Below are positions 50,425-59,534 of a stretch of DNA of 64,000 nt, one piece after another (the stretch's first letter is position 1; every line of letters begins with the position of its first letter). Source of the stretch: Nitrospinaceae bacterium UBA7883 (GTDB taxonomy: Bacteria; Nitrospinota_A; UBA7883); NCBI GenBank assembly GCA_002500605.1, contig DLRR01000012.1, forward strand, positions 137,265 to 201,264, in the 5' to 3' direction. The notes beneath the pieces were generated by a model that saw only the letters and a list, made by a program, of their open reading frames with translations, had not been told where the DNA came from and ran no database searches. The position numbers and the translations under genes are program-made.

Positions 50425-50598
50425 CAAAATTTAGCTCCAAATTTAAACCTCTATTTCTGTTATTAACATAAAAGCAATAATCAATACGCTGTTTGTTCCC
50501 ATTTAAATAAAAGGTAGGATGTGGAATGGTAAATAGTCCTCTGCATCCACTATAATTACCCACTAGAAGGTGGAAAAAAACTAAGGAGACTAATACAT

Positions 50599-52341
50599 AT
50601 GCTCGATCTAAGTGCCGTCCGCCATTCGGCCGCGCACATAATGGCCGAAGCCATACAAAGGCTATATCCAAAAGCTCAGTTTGCCTACGGACCTGAAACT
50701 GAGGAAGGTTTTTTCTATGATGTGAAAATACCCAACCACTCTCTGGCGAAAGAGGATTTACCCAAAATAGAAAAAATCATGAAAGAAATAGTAAAAGGTA
50801 AACATAAGTTTCACCACGAAAACATTACTCGCGACGAAGCATTAAAACTTTTTGCAGGCCAGAAATACAAAGTGCTAACTTTAACAAACCAACTGGACAA
50901 AGAATCAACAGTGTCAGTATATAGGCAAGGGAATTTTGTCGATCTTTGTCGTGGCCCGCACATTGAACATACTGGGCAAATCAAAGCGTTTAAAGTGAAT
51001 CGTATTGCAGGCTCATATTGGCTTGGTGATTCTTCAAATGAACCACTACAAAGGATATATGGTCTTTGCTTCGACTCAAAAGATGAACTGAAAAATTACA
51101 TCAAACGTATGGAAGAAGCGAGAACCCGTGACCATCGGTTGATTGGTAAACAGTTGAAACTCTTCTCTTGGCACGATGAGGGACCAGGTTTTCCATTCAT
51201 GCTACCTAGGGGTCGAACTATATTTAACCTACTGGTTGAATATAACCGAAAGAAAAATGATGACCGAGGCTATGCTGAGATACACACACCCAGTATGTTG
51301 GTGGAAGAGCTTTGGCGCGTGTCTGGCCACACAGACTATTACCGCGAAAACATGTATTTTAGTGAAGTGGACGACCATCAGTTTGTAATTAAGCCAATGA
51401 ACTGTCCAGGCGGAATTTTAGTTTATAAGGAGGAGCGGCGAAGCTATCGTGAACTCCCCATGCGCGTCGCGGAATTTGGACTAGTTCATCGCCACGAGCT
51501 TTCAGGAGTACTACATGGGCTGTTTAGAGTGCGAGCCTTCACTCAGGATGATGCGCACATCTACTGCGCTATGGAAGATCTGGAAAATGAGCTAGTAAAT
51601 ATAGTTGACTACACATTAGAAGTTTATCGAGACTTTGGGTTCAACGATTACATAATATATATTGCTAATCGACCAAAGAAAGCTATAGGAGATCCAGCAG
51701 TATGGGAAAAAGCAACGCAAACACTCAGAGATGCCCTAGAAGTCAGGGGCCTAGACTACAAGATTAAGGAGGGCGAAGGGGCCTTTTATGGTCCAAAAAT
51801 AGAATTCAACATTAAAGACTGCCTAGGGCGGCTATGGCAACTTGGCACCGTGCAATTGGACTTCTTTTTGCCTAGTCGATTTGGAATGGAATACATTGGA
51901 TCTGATAACCAAACACACACGCCAGCAATGGTGCACCGAGCCATATTCGGCTCACTGGAGCGATTCATTGGTATTTTAATTGAGCATACTAAGGGTGCAT
52001 TTCCAGTATGGATCTCACCGGTCCAAGCAATCATATTACCTATCACGGATGATCAGAATGATTACGCTCAAAGTGTATTGAAACAACTGAAACTCTCAGG
52101 ATTGCGAGTTGAAACTGACACCACTTCGGAACGATTACAAAAAAAGATCAGAAACGCCCAATTACAGAAAATTCCATATATGTTAGTGTGCGGAGAACGT
52201 GAAGCAAATAACAATGAGATTGCTGTACGACTTCGAACTGGTGAAGATCTCGGATCGATGAAGGTTAAAGAGTTCATCAGTAATGCAACCAACATTATCG
52301 AATCGAAAAGTAAAGAACTCTGGAATAAAACTCTAGATTGA
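50599..52341 (+). CDS. thrS: Threonine--tRNA ligase (lacks N-terminal TGS domain)
   Basis: RHSAAH, DLCRGPH, RDHR, KPMNCPG, HGLFRVRAFTQDDAH, GAFYGPK, HRAIFGSLERF. Confidence 0.98.
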   Translation: MLDLSAVRHSAAHIMAEAIQRLYPKAQFAYGPETEEGFFYDVKIPNHSLAKEDLPKIEKIMKEIVKGKHKFHHENITRDEALKLFAGQKYKVLTLTNQLDKESTVSVYRQGNFVDLCRGPHIEHTGQIKAFKVNRIAGSYWLGDSSNEPLQRIYGLCFDSKDELKNYIKRMEEARTRDHRLIGKQLKLFSWHDEGPGFPFMLPRGRTIFNLLVEYNRKKNDDRGYAEIHTPSMLVEELWRVSGHTDYYRENMYFSEVDDHQFVIKPMNCPGGILVYKEERRSYRELPMRVAEFGLVHRHELSGVLHGLFRVRAFTQDDAHIYCAMEDLENELVNIVDYTLEVYRDFGFNDYIIYIANRPKKAIGDPAVWEKATQTLRDALEVRGLDYKIKEGEGAFYGPKIEFNIKDCLGRLWQLGTVQLDFFLPSRFGMEYIGSDNQTHTPAMVHRAIFGSLERFIGILIEHTKGAFPVWISPVQAIILPITDDQNDYAQSVLKQLKLSGLRVETDTTSERLQKKIRNAQLQKIPYMLVCGEREANNNEIAVRLRTGEDLGSMKVKEFISNATNIIESKSKELWNKTLD

Positions 52342-52355
52342 GGAAAAATCTACAA

Positions 52356-52853
52356 ATGGCAAAAGATCAGTCTTTCGACATTGTTTGTAAAGTAGACATG
52401 CCAGAAGTTTTAAATGCTGTTAATCAGACGACTGCTGAGATCAAGCAACGCTATGATTTTAAAGATACTAAAACTGAAGTATCACTTGATATAAAATCCA
52501 GTTTAATCAATATTCTAGGCCAGAGTGAACCACAGTTAAAAACAATCATCGATATCTTGCAATCAAAGCTGATCAAACGTAAAGTGCCCATTAAGGTACT
52601 TCAGTATGGCAAACCTGAGGTTGCATCAGGAGGCATGGTCAGGCAATCCATTACACTACAGCAAGGTATACCATCGGAAAAAGCAAAAGAAATTGTGCAA
52701 CTTACTAAAAAAATGAAAATAAAGGTCCAGACTAGTATTCAAGACAACCAGGTACGAGTAGCGGGCAAAAAACGTGATGATCTGCAAAATGTTATGAAAA
52801 TGTTGAAAGAACATGATTTGGGAATTCATATGTCATTTAGTAACTATAGGTAA
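52356..52853 (+). CDS. yajQ: YajQ family nucleotide/c-di-GMP-binding protein
   Basis: SFDIV, NAVNQ, RYDFK, QGI, IQ..QVRV.GKKRDDLQ, NYR; ATG 52356 after AGGA. Confidence 0.94.
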   Translation: MAKDQSFDIVCKVDMPEVLNAVNQTTAEIKQRYDFKDTKTEVSLDIKSSLINILGQSEPQLKTIIDILQSKLIKRKVPIKVLQYGKPEVASGGMVRQSITLQQGIPSEKAKEIVQLTKKMKIKVQTSIQDNQVRVAGKKRDDLQNVMKMLKEHDLGIHMSFSNYR

Positions 52854-52910
52854 TATTGATTTAGCCATTGTTAGAATAATCTATTACGCCTGAGTACTAC
52901 CAAAAAAATT

Positions 52911-53702
52911 ATGCGTCGTCTTTTTTGCGTTGCCGCATTTTCAAACACTCCCCAATCTGGAAACCCTGCGGGTGTATGTATTTTAACCGAACCAATGGAC
53001 AGTGAGGCCATGCAGAACTTGGCCAAGGAAATGAGCTTCTCGGAAATATCTTTTGCAGAAAAGCTGGGTGTAGACCGGTACCGGCTTCGTATATTCGCGC
53101 CGCGTAAAGAAGTTGATCTTTGCGGGCATGCAACTCTGGCAACAGCCCATATCTTATGGGAAACAGGCAATGTACTAACAGAATCAATAATTTTTGAGAC
53201 GAGATCTGGTGAGTTGAAAGCTTTTAAAAGGGATACGAGGATTCGTGTTGATCTCCCGCTGTCAAAACCAATTGTGGCAATCCCCCCTGATGGAATGCTA
53301 GGAGCTTTGGGACTAGCTCATTTTACTGAGGCATTTAAAGGAGCAGATGACTATGTGTTCGTTATTGATGAAGAGAAGGCCTTAGAGAAACTTAGCCCAG
53401 ATTTTGCTTCCATTTCAAAAATAAGATGCCGTGGAGTGGCAATAACAGCTCCGGCTAATGATATAAATACAGACTTCGTGTCACGATGTTTCTACCCAAG
53501 CTTGGGCATTAACGAAGATCCTGTCACTGGCTCCGCCCATTGCATTCTTGGCCCTTACTGGGCAAATAGGCTTGGAAAAAATAATTTGCTAGCTCGACAG
53601 ATTTCAGAGCGTGGTGGTTCTATGGAAGTCGAAGTCACAAATACACAAGTTTATCTAACAAGTTCAGCCGTCACCATATGGGAAGGTACAATCAAGGGAT
53701 AG
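52911..53702 (+). CDS. PhzF family isomerase/epimerase
   Basis: GNPAGV, SE..F, EVDLCGHATLA, SRCF.P, EDPVTGSAH, RGG. Confidence 0.92.
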   Translation: MRRLFCVAAFSNTPQSGNPAGVCILTEPMDSEAMQNLAKEMSFSEISFAEKLGVDRYRLRIFAPRKEVDLCGHATLATAHILWETGNVLTESIIFETRSGELKAFKRDTRIRVDLPLSKPIVAIPPDGMLGALGLAHFTEAFKGADDYVFVIDEEKALEKLSPDFASISKIRCRGVAITAPANDINTDFVSRCFYPSLGINEDPVTGSAHCILGPYWANRLGKNNLLARQISERGGSMEVEVTNTQVYLTSSAVTIWEGTIKG

Positions 53703-53703
53703 C

Positions 53704-55098
53704 TCAGCCTCCCTTTCTATTTGGCAAGTCAATACCAAGTTTCTTTATTTTATACCAAATACTTCTCTCTGAGATACTAAGAGAATCAGCTGCCCGGTTC
53801 TGTCGCCAGCCATGCTTTTCCAATGCAGAGGTTATCAACCCCTTTTCAAACTCCGCAACCTGATCTTCCAGTGATTCACCATTGCTAGAAATTGTACTAT
53901 GGGAGGTAATATCTCCGTGCTCTTCATTGAGTTGTCCGTTCATGTAGGATGGCAAGTGTGAAGGTTGGATGACATCTTCATCACACATAACAATGGATCG
54001 TTCAATCGCATTTTGAAGTTCACGTGCATTTCCTGGCCATACATAAGACATAAAGCACTCCATCGTTTCCTTTGAAAGTGTTTTGGGCTTAATTCTATTT
54101 TCGTCGCTAATCTTTTTTAGAAAATGTTCAACCAAGTCTGGAATATCGGCTTGTCGTTCTCGCAAGGATGTTATCGGAATTACAATCACATTAATACGAA
54201 AAAATAGGTCTTGGCGAAACTTCTTTTCTTTAATAGCTACGCCTAGATCAATGTTCGTTGCTGCAAGAATTCGAATATCTATTTTACGAGTTATTACGCT
54301 GCCAACTCTTTCTATCTCTCTCTCCTGCATGGCACGTAAAACTTTAGCCTGAGTGTCAATCGCCATATCCCCAACTTCATCCAAGAAAAGAGTCCCTCCA
54401 TCTGCCCTTTCGAACTTCCCAGCCCTAGCATCAACGCCAGTAGCAACATTTTTTTCTATCCCAAAAAGCTCTGCCTCCAACAGCGACTCTGTCAATGCCG
54501 AACAGTTAACCTTTATAAAAGGTCCTTCAGCTCTATCAGAATTGTTGTGAATTGCCTTTGCAACTAACTCTTTTCCAACCCCTGTCTCACCTGTAATGAG
54601 AACATTCGAACGGACCTTTGATGATCGCAAGATAAGGTCAAATACTTCTTGCATTTTCTTGGATGAGCCAATTATATCTCTGACTTTATACTTATTGATT
54701 AAACTGTTTTTCAAGTCCTTATTTTCAACATGCAGGCTATGATTTTTTAGTGCATTTGCGAGGTTTATATAAAGCTCATCTGGGTCCACCGGCTTGACCA
54801 AATAGTTAAACGCACCTTTTCTAATTGCCTCTACAGCAACCTTAATATCACGTGATGCAGTAAGGATTATCACTGGCAAATTCAAGTCCACTGACTGAAA
54901 TTGCTTCATTACCTCTAGTCCAGTGATATCCGGCATGAAGTAGTCTAAAATAGCTGCGGAAAACCTCCCGGGCTCCATTTCTCTTTCAGCATCTTTGAAT
55001 GTTAGGCAACATGTAACGTCAAACTTCTTCAATAGCAATAGTTGTTCCACCATCTTAAGAGTCTGAAGGTCATCGTCTACAACTAGTATCCTATCCAT
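53704..55098 (-). CDS. NtrC-family response regulator (REC-AAA+-HTH) with non-canonical GAFTGA loop
   Basis: VVDDD/DYFMP/KP receiver; GETGVGKE, ELFG, LFLDEVG, FRQDLFFR, WPGNAREL; Fis-type HTH; L1 loop NVATGV. Confidence 0.93.
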   Translation of the reverse strand: MDRILVVDDDLQTLKMVEQLLLLKKFDVTCCLTFKDAEREMEPGRFSAAILDYFMPDITGLEVMKQFQSVDLNLPVIILTASRDIKVAVEAIRKGAFNYLVKPVDPDELYINLANALKNHSLHVENKDLKNSLINKYKVRDIIGSSKKMQEVFDLILRSSKVRSNVLITGETGVGKELVAKAIHNNSDRAEGPFIKVNCSALTESLLEAELFGIEKNVATGVDARAGKFERADGGTLFLDEVGDMAIDTQAKVLRAMQEREIERVGSVITRKIDIRILAATNIDLGVAIKEKKFRQDLFFRINVIVIPITSLRERQADIPDLVEHFLKKISDENRIKPKTLSKETMECFMSYVWPGNARELQNAIERSIVMCDEDVIQPSHLPSYMNGQLNEEHGDITSHSTISSNGESLEDQVAEFEKGLITSALEKHGWRQNRAADSLSISERSIWYKIKKLGIDLPNRKGG

Positions 55099-55106
55099 AC
55101 AGCCCC

Positions 55107-56861
55107 TTACAAAGCTGAAGCAAACATACCATTGACCTTAGCCTTATCAGCCAATGTCTTAGGCCATCTAAGTTTCACCTCAAACCCATGTCCTATATCC
55201 GACTGAATGTTGACATGACCATTATGAAGCTCAATTATCTTTTTCACTGAGGGGAGGCCCAGTCCCACACCTTTTATACGAGATTTAACTTGGTAGTATT
55301 CATCAAAAAGTTTGGGGCAAAGCTTCGCTTCAACACCATCGCCATCATCTTTAAATATGACTCCTATTTCAGTGTCTGAGCTAAGTACAGTTATCTTTAT
55401 CGTAGAATGTGCATGTTTTATAGCATTACCTATTAGATTAATAAAAACCCTCTCAATCTGTGTTACATCTAAATCAACAGGTATTGGATCCCCATACTGA
55501 CATTTTTCCTTGTTTACAGTTTTTCCATTTATCTCCACTTTAGTTTTTCGCATCGCAAACTCTGGTAAATATACAGATAAAGCTGATACTAGAGGAGTAT
55601 AGATATCACACCTCGAAATATCTAGTGACAGCTTTCCTGATTTTATTTTGGCGTAAACCAAAATATCTTCGGTAAAACGTGTAATTTTCTCTGTAGCTTT
55701 TATTATGTTTCCTGCAATATAGTTTATATCTTTTTTCGCAGTGTCGTCTGCCATCGCACTAAGAATTTTAGCAAAACCATCTACCGGACTTATAAGTGAC
55801 AGAAGGTCGTGGGTTAACGAAAAATACAACTGTTCCTTCTCAGCCTCCCTTTCTGTTATCTGTTCAAAAAGCCGTGCGTTCTCTACAGCCACTGCACACT
55901 GGTTTGCAACCGCTTTTAAAAGAAACACAGAATCTTCACCATACAGTTGTTTCTTGCTGTAACTTTGCACCGAAACAACTCCTACAACTTGATCTTTGAA
56001 AATCATAGGCGCTCCTAGCCATGATTTCGCTGGACGGCCGCCATGACGTATGCCGAGCCTTACACATTCCTTTTCTGTGTCGTCGGTCATTAACAACGGT
56101 TTTTTGTTTTTAATTATCCAGCTGTTTATGCCGTTCGAAAGTTGATAAACTTCCGGTCGATCTAAGTCTGACCCATCAGAAAAGTAACTTGCCAAAAATG
56201 ATAGTTCTCGCCGATTGTTATCATATGTAATAACGTTTACCTCATCAGTTTCTAAAACTGTCCCTAGCGTAGAAACAATCTCTTTAACCATGTCTTTCAG
56301 ATTAAGCTTGGATGTTATCAAACCCCCTATGGTGTTGACAGTATGCATGTCTTTAGCACGCTGTCGGTCAAATACAATTGCTTTTACCCTGTCTGTTGCC
56401 AAACCGACATGTTCTAGCATCGTTTCTAAAAGTGCGATTGATTTGTGATTTTTCTCCAACGGCTGTCGTGACAAAACCAGAAATAGTCCTAGCTTATCTT
56501 CTCCGGAGATTATGGGAGCGCATAGCCCCGAAACAAAACCTGAATCACGGCAAAGCCCGTTTGGTAAAGAGTCAAAAAAGGTAATAGTTCTTTCTTTAAC
56601 AGTTGAAAGGCACGCACATTGAGTAGCATTTGGCCATTCAAAGCAAAGTTTAGCGCCCCCACTAGAAACATCTGCTCTAATCCCATTTTCCCCTGTGTTA
56701 ATACTTATGGCTATAGCACAGTTGCTAAACTCCGGCAACTCACTAAGTCCAGCAACAACATGTTTAAGAGCTGTTTCAAGATGCTCTGGTGTGCTAGCAC
56801 TGTTCAAAGGAGTTGCCCAGCGGCGAAGCCACATAATATATTTGATATCAGATTCCATCAA
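55107..56861 (-). CDS. Cytoplasmic GAF-domain sensor histidine kinase
   Basis: Two GAF-like domains (SWLGAPM..GVVSVQSY, AVAVENARLF), H-box THDL, NLIGNAIK, DDGDG, GVGLGL; no obvious TM. Confidence 0.9.
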   Translation of the reverse strand: MMESDIKYIMWLRRWATPLNSASTPEHLETALKHVVAGLSELPEFSNCAIAISINTGENGIRADVSSGGAKLCFEWPNATQCACLSTVKERTITFFDSLPNGLCRDSGFVSGLCAPIISGEDKLGLFLVLSRQPLEKNHKSIALLETMLEHVGLATDRVKAIVFDRQRAKDMHTVNTIGGLITSKLNLKDMVKEIVSTLGTVLETDEVNVITYDNNRRELSFLASYFSDGSDLDRPEVYQLSNGINSWIIKNKKPLLMTDDTEKECVRLGIRHGGRPAKSWLGAPMIFKDQVVGVVSVQSYSKKQLYGEDSVFLLKAVANQCAVAVENARLFEQITEREAEKEQLYFSLTHDLLSLISPVDGFAKILSAMADDTAKKDINYIAGNIIKATEKITRFTEDILVYAKIKSGKLSLDISRCDIYTPLVSALSVYLPEFAMRKTKVEINGKTVNKEKCQYGDPIPVDLDVTQIERVFINLIGNAIKHAHSTIKITVLSSDTEIGVIFKDDGDGVEAKLCPKLFDEYYQVKSRIKGVGLGLPSVKKIIELHNGHVNIQSDIGHGFEVKLRWPKTLADKAKVNGMFASAL

Positions 56862-57589
56862 ACTTCCCTCCCTACATCAGGCATTGCCTCCGTTGTTGCC
56901 CAATGGTCAATCATCATTCTTATTACGCCTGCATTATTTCGTGCTGCTGGTAAAGCGTGTTTTAAGAACTGATCCTTCGCCACCCTATCTTTCCAATCAA
57001 AACCATTTTTTTTATCCATGAATTGACCTAACTGGCAATCAATTTCATCGGTTATAGCCCTTACAACAAGACTACTAATTCCATTTTCTAGCGCTACATT
57101 AGCGATTGACCACGACTCCATATCAACTATTACTGCTCCATCTTTCGCAGCAAGCTTTTTATCCGCACTATTAAACGGTCTATCTACTTGTAAACATTTA
57201 CCACCTACTGATATGTTGGGGCTATTAAGAAGGTTGGAATTAATTGTAGCTAATTTTAGTGGTGTTGAATCTTTTCCATAGAGCCCCACGCTGTCAACAA
57301 CCACTACCTGCCCAATTTTTAAAGTTGGTTCAACGGCCCCGGCAAATCCAAAGTTCACAATTTTACTCGGATTAAACTCACCCACAGTCAGAAGTGCGGC
57401 CTTGTTTGCCGCCTCCATTCCAACACCACCAACAACTACTATAATTGGGGTCGACTTGTGTTCACATCGGTAGATATGTATCCCTTTATGTGATTTTCTG
57501 TCTATACTAGTAAAATTATTTAGAACTGGCTCAGCTTCAATAGCCAATGCACATATTAGAACAGTTGTTTTTCTAGATTCGCTACACAT
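56858..57589 (-). CDS. Nucleoside phosphorylase/MTA-SAH nucleosidase superfamily protein
   Basis: CAL..EA, GVG...A, NFGFAGA, VDMES, VRAITD; ATGA overlap with kinase. Confidence 0.82.
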   Translation of the reverse strand: MCSESRKTTVLICALAIEAEPVLNNFTSIDRKSHKGIHIYRCEHKSTPIIVVVGGVGMEAANKAALLTVGEFNPSKIVNFGFAGAVEPTLKIGQVVVVDSVGLYGKDSTPLKLATINSNLLNSPNISVGGKCLQVDRPFNSADKKLAAKDGAVIVDMESWSIANVALENGISSLVVRAITDEIDCQLGQFMDKKNGFDWKDRVAKDQFLKHALPAARNNAGVIRMMIDHWATTEAMPDVGREV

Positions 57590-57807
57590 TAGTCGACTAT
57601 TTGATATATTTATATGATAATTAATAAATATTAATATATCAATTAAAAAAACTTTGCCCTATGTGTTGCCCCGCCACTTAGCAATTGTGGCACTTTTAGC
57701 TATCCCGTCAGACTATTTACAGTTGGGGCACTATCGTTGATTTGCATTTAATCAAAAATTATATTAACGTTAAATTACCGGTTTATTGGAATAAAACATC
57801 ATTGTCT

Positions 57808-58245
57808 ATGAAAATTGATTGCGCTTCCTTTTCGAGAAGACTCTTTGCATACATTTTTGATAACATATTAGCCTTTTCCATTACTTTCATGTTATCTGGC
57901 TTTGCAGTTAATTATAGTAGTCTTGATTTGCAACAAGTTAGAATATTAGACCTACTTTATATAGCCATTTACACATGGCTTTTACATAACATTGTCTGTC
58001 TAGGATATTTTACCCTTACAATAGGAGGATGGGGCCTTACAGTAGGAAAATTGATCATGGGGATAAAGGTAATCAGAAAAGAAAAAATATCAGAGATTTC
58101 ATATTTAATAGCTTTTATAAGAGCATTTGGATACCTAGTGAGCAGTATAATTTTCTACCTTGGTTTCTTGTGGGCTTTAGTTGATAGAAATCACCAGACT
58201 CTCCACGACAAATTTGCCAGTACGGTTGTTGTGGAAATAGAGTAG
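57808..58245 (+). CDS. RDD family membrane protein
   Basis: ASFSRRLFAYIFD, TVGK..MGIKV, R..GY, QTLHDKFAST.VV; ATG 57808 preferred over TTG 57742. Confidence 0.88.
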   Translation: MKIDCASFSRRLFAYIFDNILAFSITFMLSGFAVNYSSLDLQQVRILDLLYIAIYTWLLHNIVCLGYFTLTIGGWGLTVGKLIMGIKVIRKEKISEISYLIAFIRAFGYLVSSIIFYLGFLWALVDRNHQTLHDKFASTVVVEIE

Positions 58246-58342
58246 CCCCATCGCTATAATCTAGTGCTTGTTTGCCGAAAAATAAACAACCTATTGAACC
58301 TTGTCTAAAGGTATATAGGAAAAAATGGAGTTTAGCTGAAAA

Positions 58343-59485
58343 ATGAAAAAGCGATATCTCATCTCTCCGGGCCCTACTCCCGTTCCTGAGGATGTGTTGC
58401 TAGAAATGGCAAAACCAATGATACACCATAGGACTACACAATTTTCAGCCATTTTCAAGGAATGCGCCGAAGGGTTAAAAAATCTTTTTAAAACAAAAAA
58501 CACCGTCATGATGCTTGCTTCATCTGGCACGGGAGCTATGGACGCCTCCGTCTCAAACATTTTTACAAAAGGTGATACAGCCCTAGTGATAAATGGAGGG
58601 AAGTTTGGGGAACGATGGGAAAAAATTTGTAGGGCCTACGGGCTGAATGTGGAGGTGGTTAATGTTGAGTGGGGCGAGGCAGTTGATGTCGATATCATAA
58701 GAAAGAAACTTGCCGCCAATCCAAGCATTGCCGGTGTTTTTACCCAAGGATCAGAAACTTCAACAACGGCTGCCCATCCGATTAAGGAGATAGCTGCACT
58801 AACAAAGGACACCGACACATTACTTATAGTCGATGGCATAACAGCTGTTGGAGTGTATGATCTTCCCATGGATAATTGGGGCATAGATGTTTTATTGACA
58901 GGGTCGCAAAAGGCATTAATGTTGCCACCTGGCCTTGCTTTCATAGCTCTGTCGGATAAGGCTTGGGAAAAATCGGAAAACTGCAATCTACCACATTTTT
59001 ATATAGACCTTAATAAAGAGAGAGAGGCTATCAGCAAAGATACATCTGCCTTTACACCAGCAGTGTCACTGATCGTCGGGCTTCGCAAGGTCTTGCAGAT
59101 GCTAGAAAATGAAGGTTACGAAAACGTTTATAAACGCCACGATGCTCTGGCACGTGCAGCAAGGGCAGGCGCAGAAGCGTTAGGATTAAGGTTACTTGCT
59201 CCTAACTCCCCGTCCAACGCTGCCACAGGGCTATTCGTTCCATCAGGAGTAGACGGAGGCAAGGTTGTTAAAGAATTAAGAGAAAACTATGGCGTCACTT
59301 TTGCTGGCGGGCAAGACCAGCTAAAAGGAAAGATTGTTCGTATAGCCCATCTTGGATATTTTGACTCGTTTGATATTATTATAGCAATTTCAGCATTGGA
59401 AATGGCATTTTCCAATCATGGTGCCGATATCAACTATGGCGCTGGTGTGGCAGCTGCTCAGGCTATCCTGAACGAAAGGTACTAA
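58343..59485 (+). CDS. Class V PLP aminotransferase (alanine-glyoxylate/serine-pyruvate type; probable phosphoserine aminotransferase by context)
   Basis: PGPTPVP, HHRT, SGTGAM, GKFGERW, ETST, VDGIT, GSQKALMLPPG, RIAHLG; upstream of serA. Confidence 0.9.
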   Translation: MKKRYLISPGPTPVPEDVLLEMAKPMIHHRTTQFSAIFKECAEGLKNLFKTKNTVMMLASSGTGAMDASVSNIFTKGDTALVINGGKFGERWEKICRAYGLNVEVVNVEWGEAVDVDIIRKKLAANPSIAGVFTQGSETSTTAAHPIKEIAALTKDTDTLLIVDGITAVGVYDLPMDNWGIDVLLTGSQKALMLPPGLAFIALSDKAWEKSENCNLPHFYIDLNKEREAISKDTSAFTPAVSLIVGLRKVLQMLENEGYENVYKRHDALARAARAGAEALGLRLLAPNSPSNAATGLFVPSGVDGGKVVKELRENYGVTFAGGQDQLKGKIVRIAHLGYFDSFDIIIAISALEMAFSNHGADINYGAGVAAAQAILNERY

Positions 59486-59534
59486 ATAAGTTAGGCCTTG
59501 TGCCTAGATAAAACAAACTTTAAAAAGGTAAAAA

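Noticed and set aside
50425-50598. T-box or anticodon-mimic operator in thrS leader
   Set aside because: No T-box consensus or Thr-anticodon-like loop recognised; only a short CCAC/GTGG hairpin
57645-57670. CACATAGGGCAAA on minus strand resembling the 5' end of a c-di-GMP-I riboswitch
   Set aside because: Downstream sequence is AT-only and lacks the GNRA hairpin and P3 elements
57686-57702. TGGCAC as sigma54 -24 element
   Set aside because: GG-to-GC spacing is 8 nt rather than the required 10
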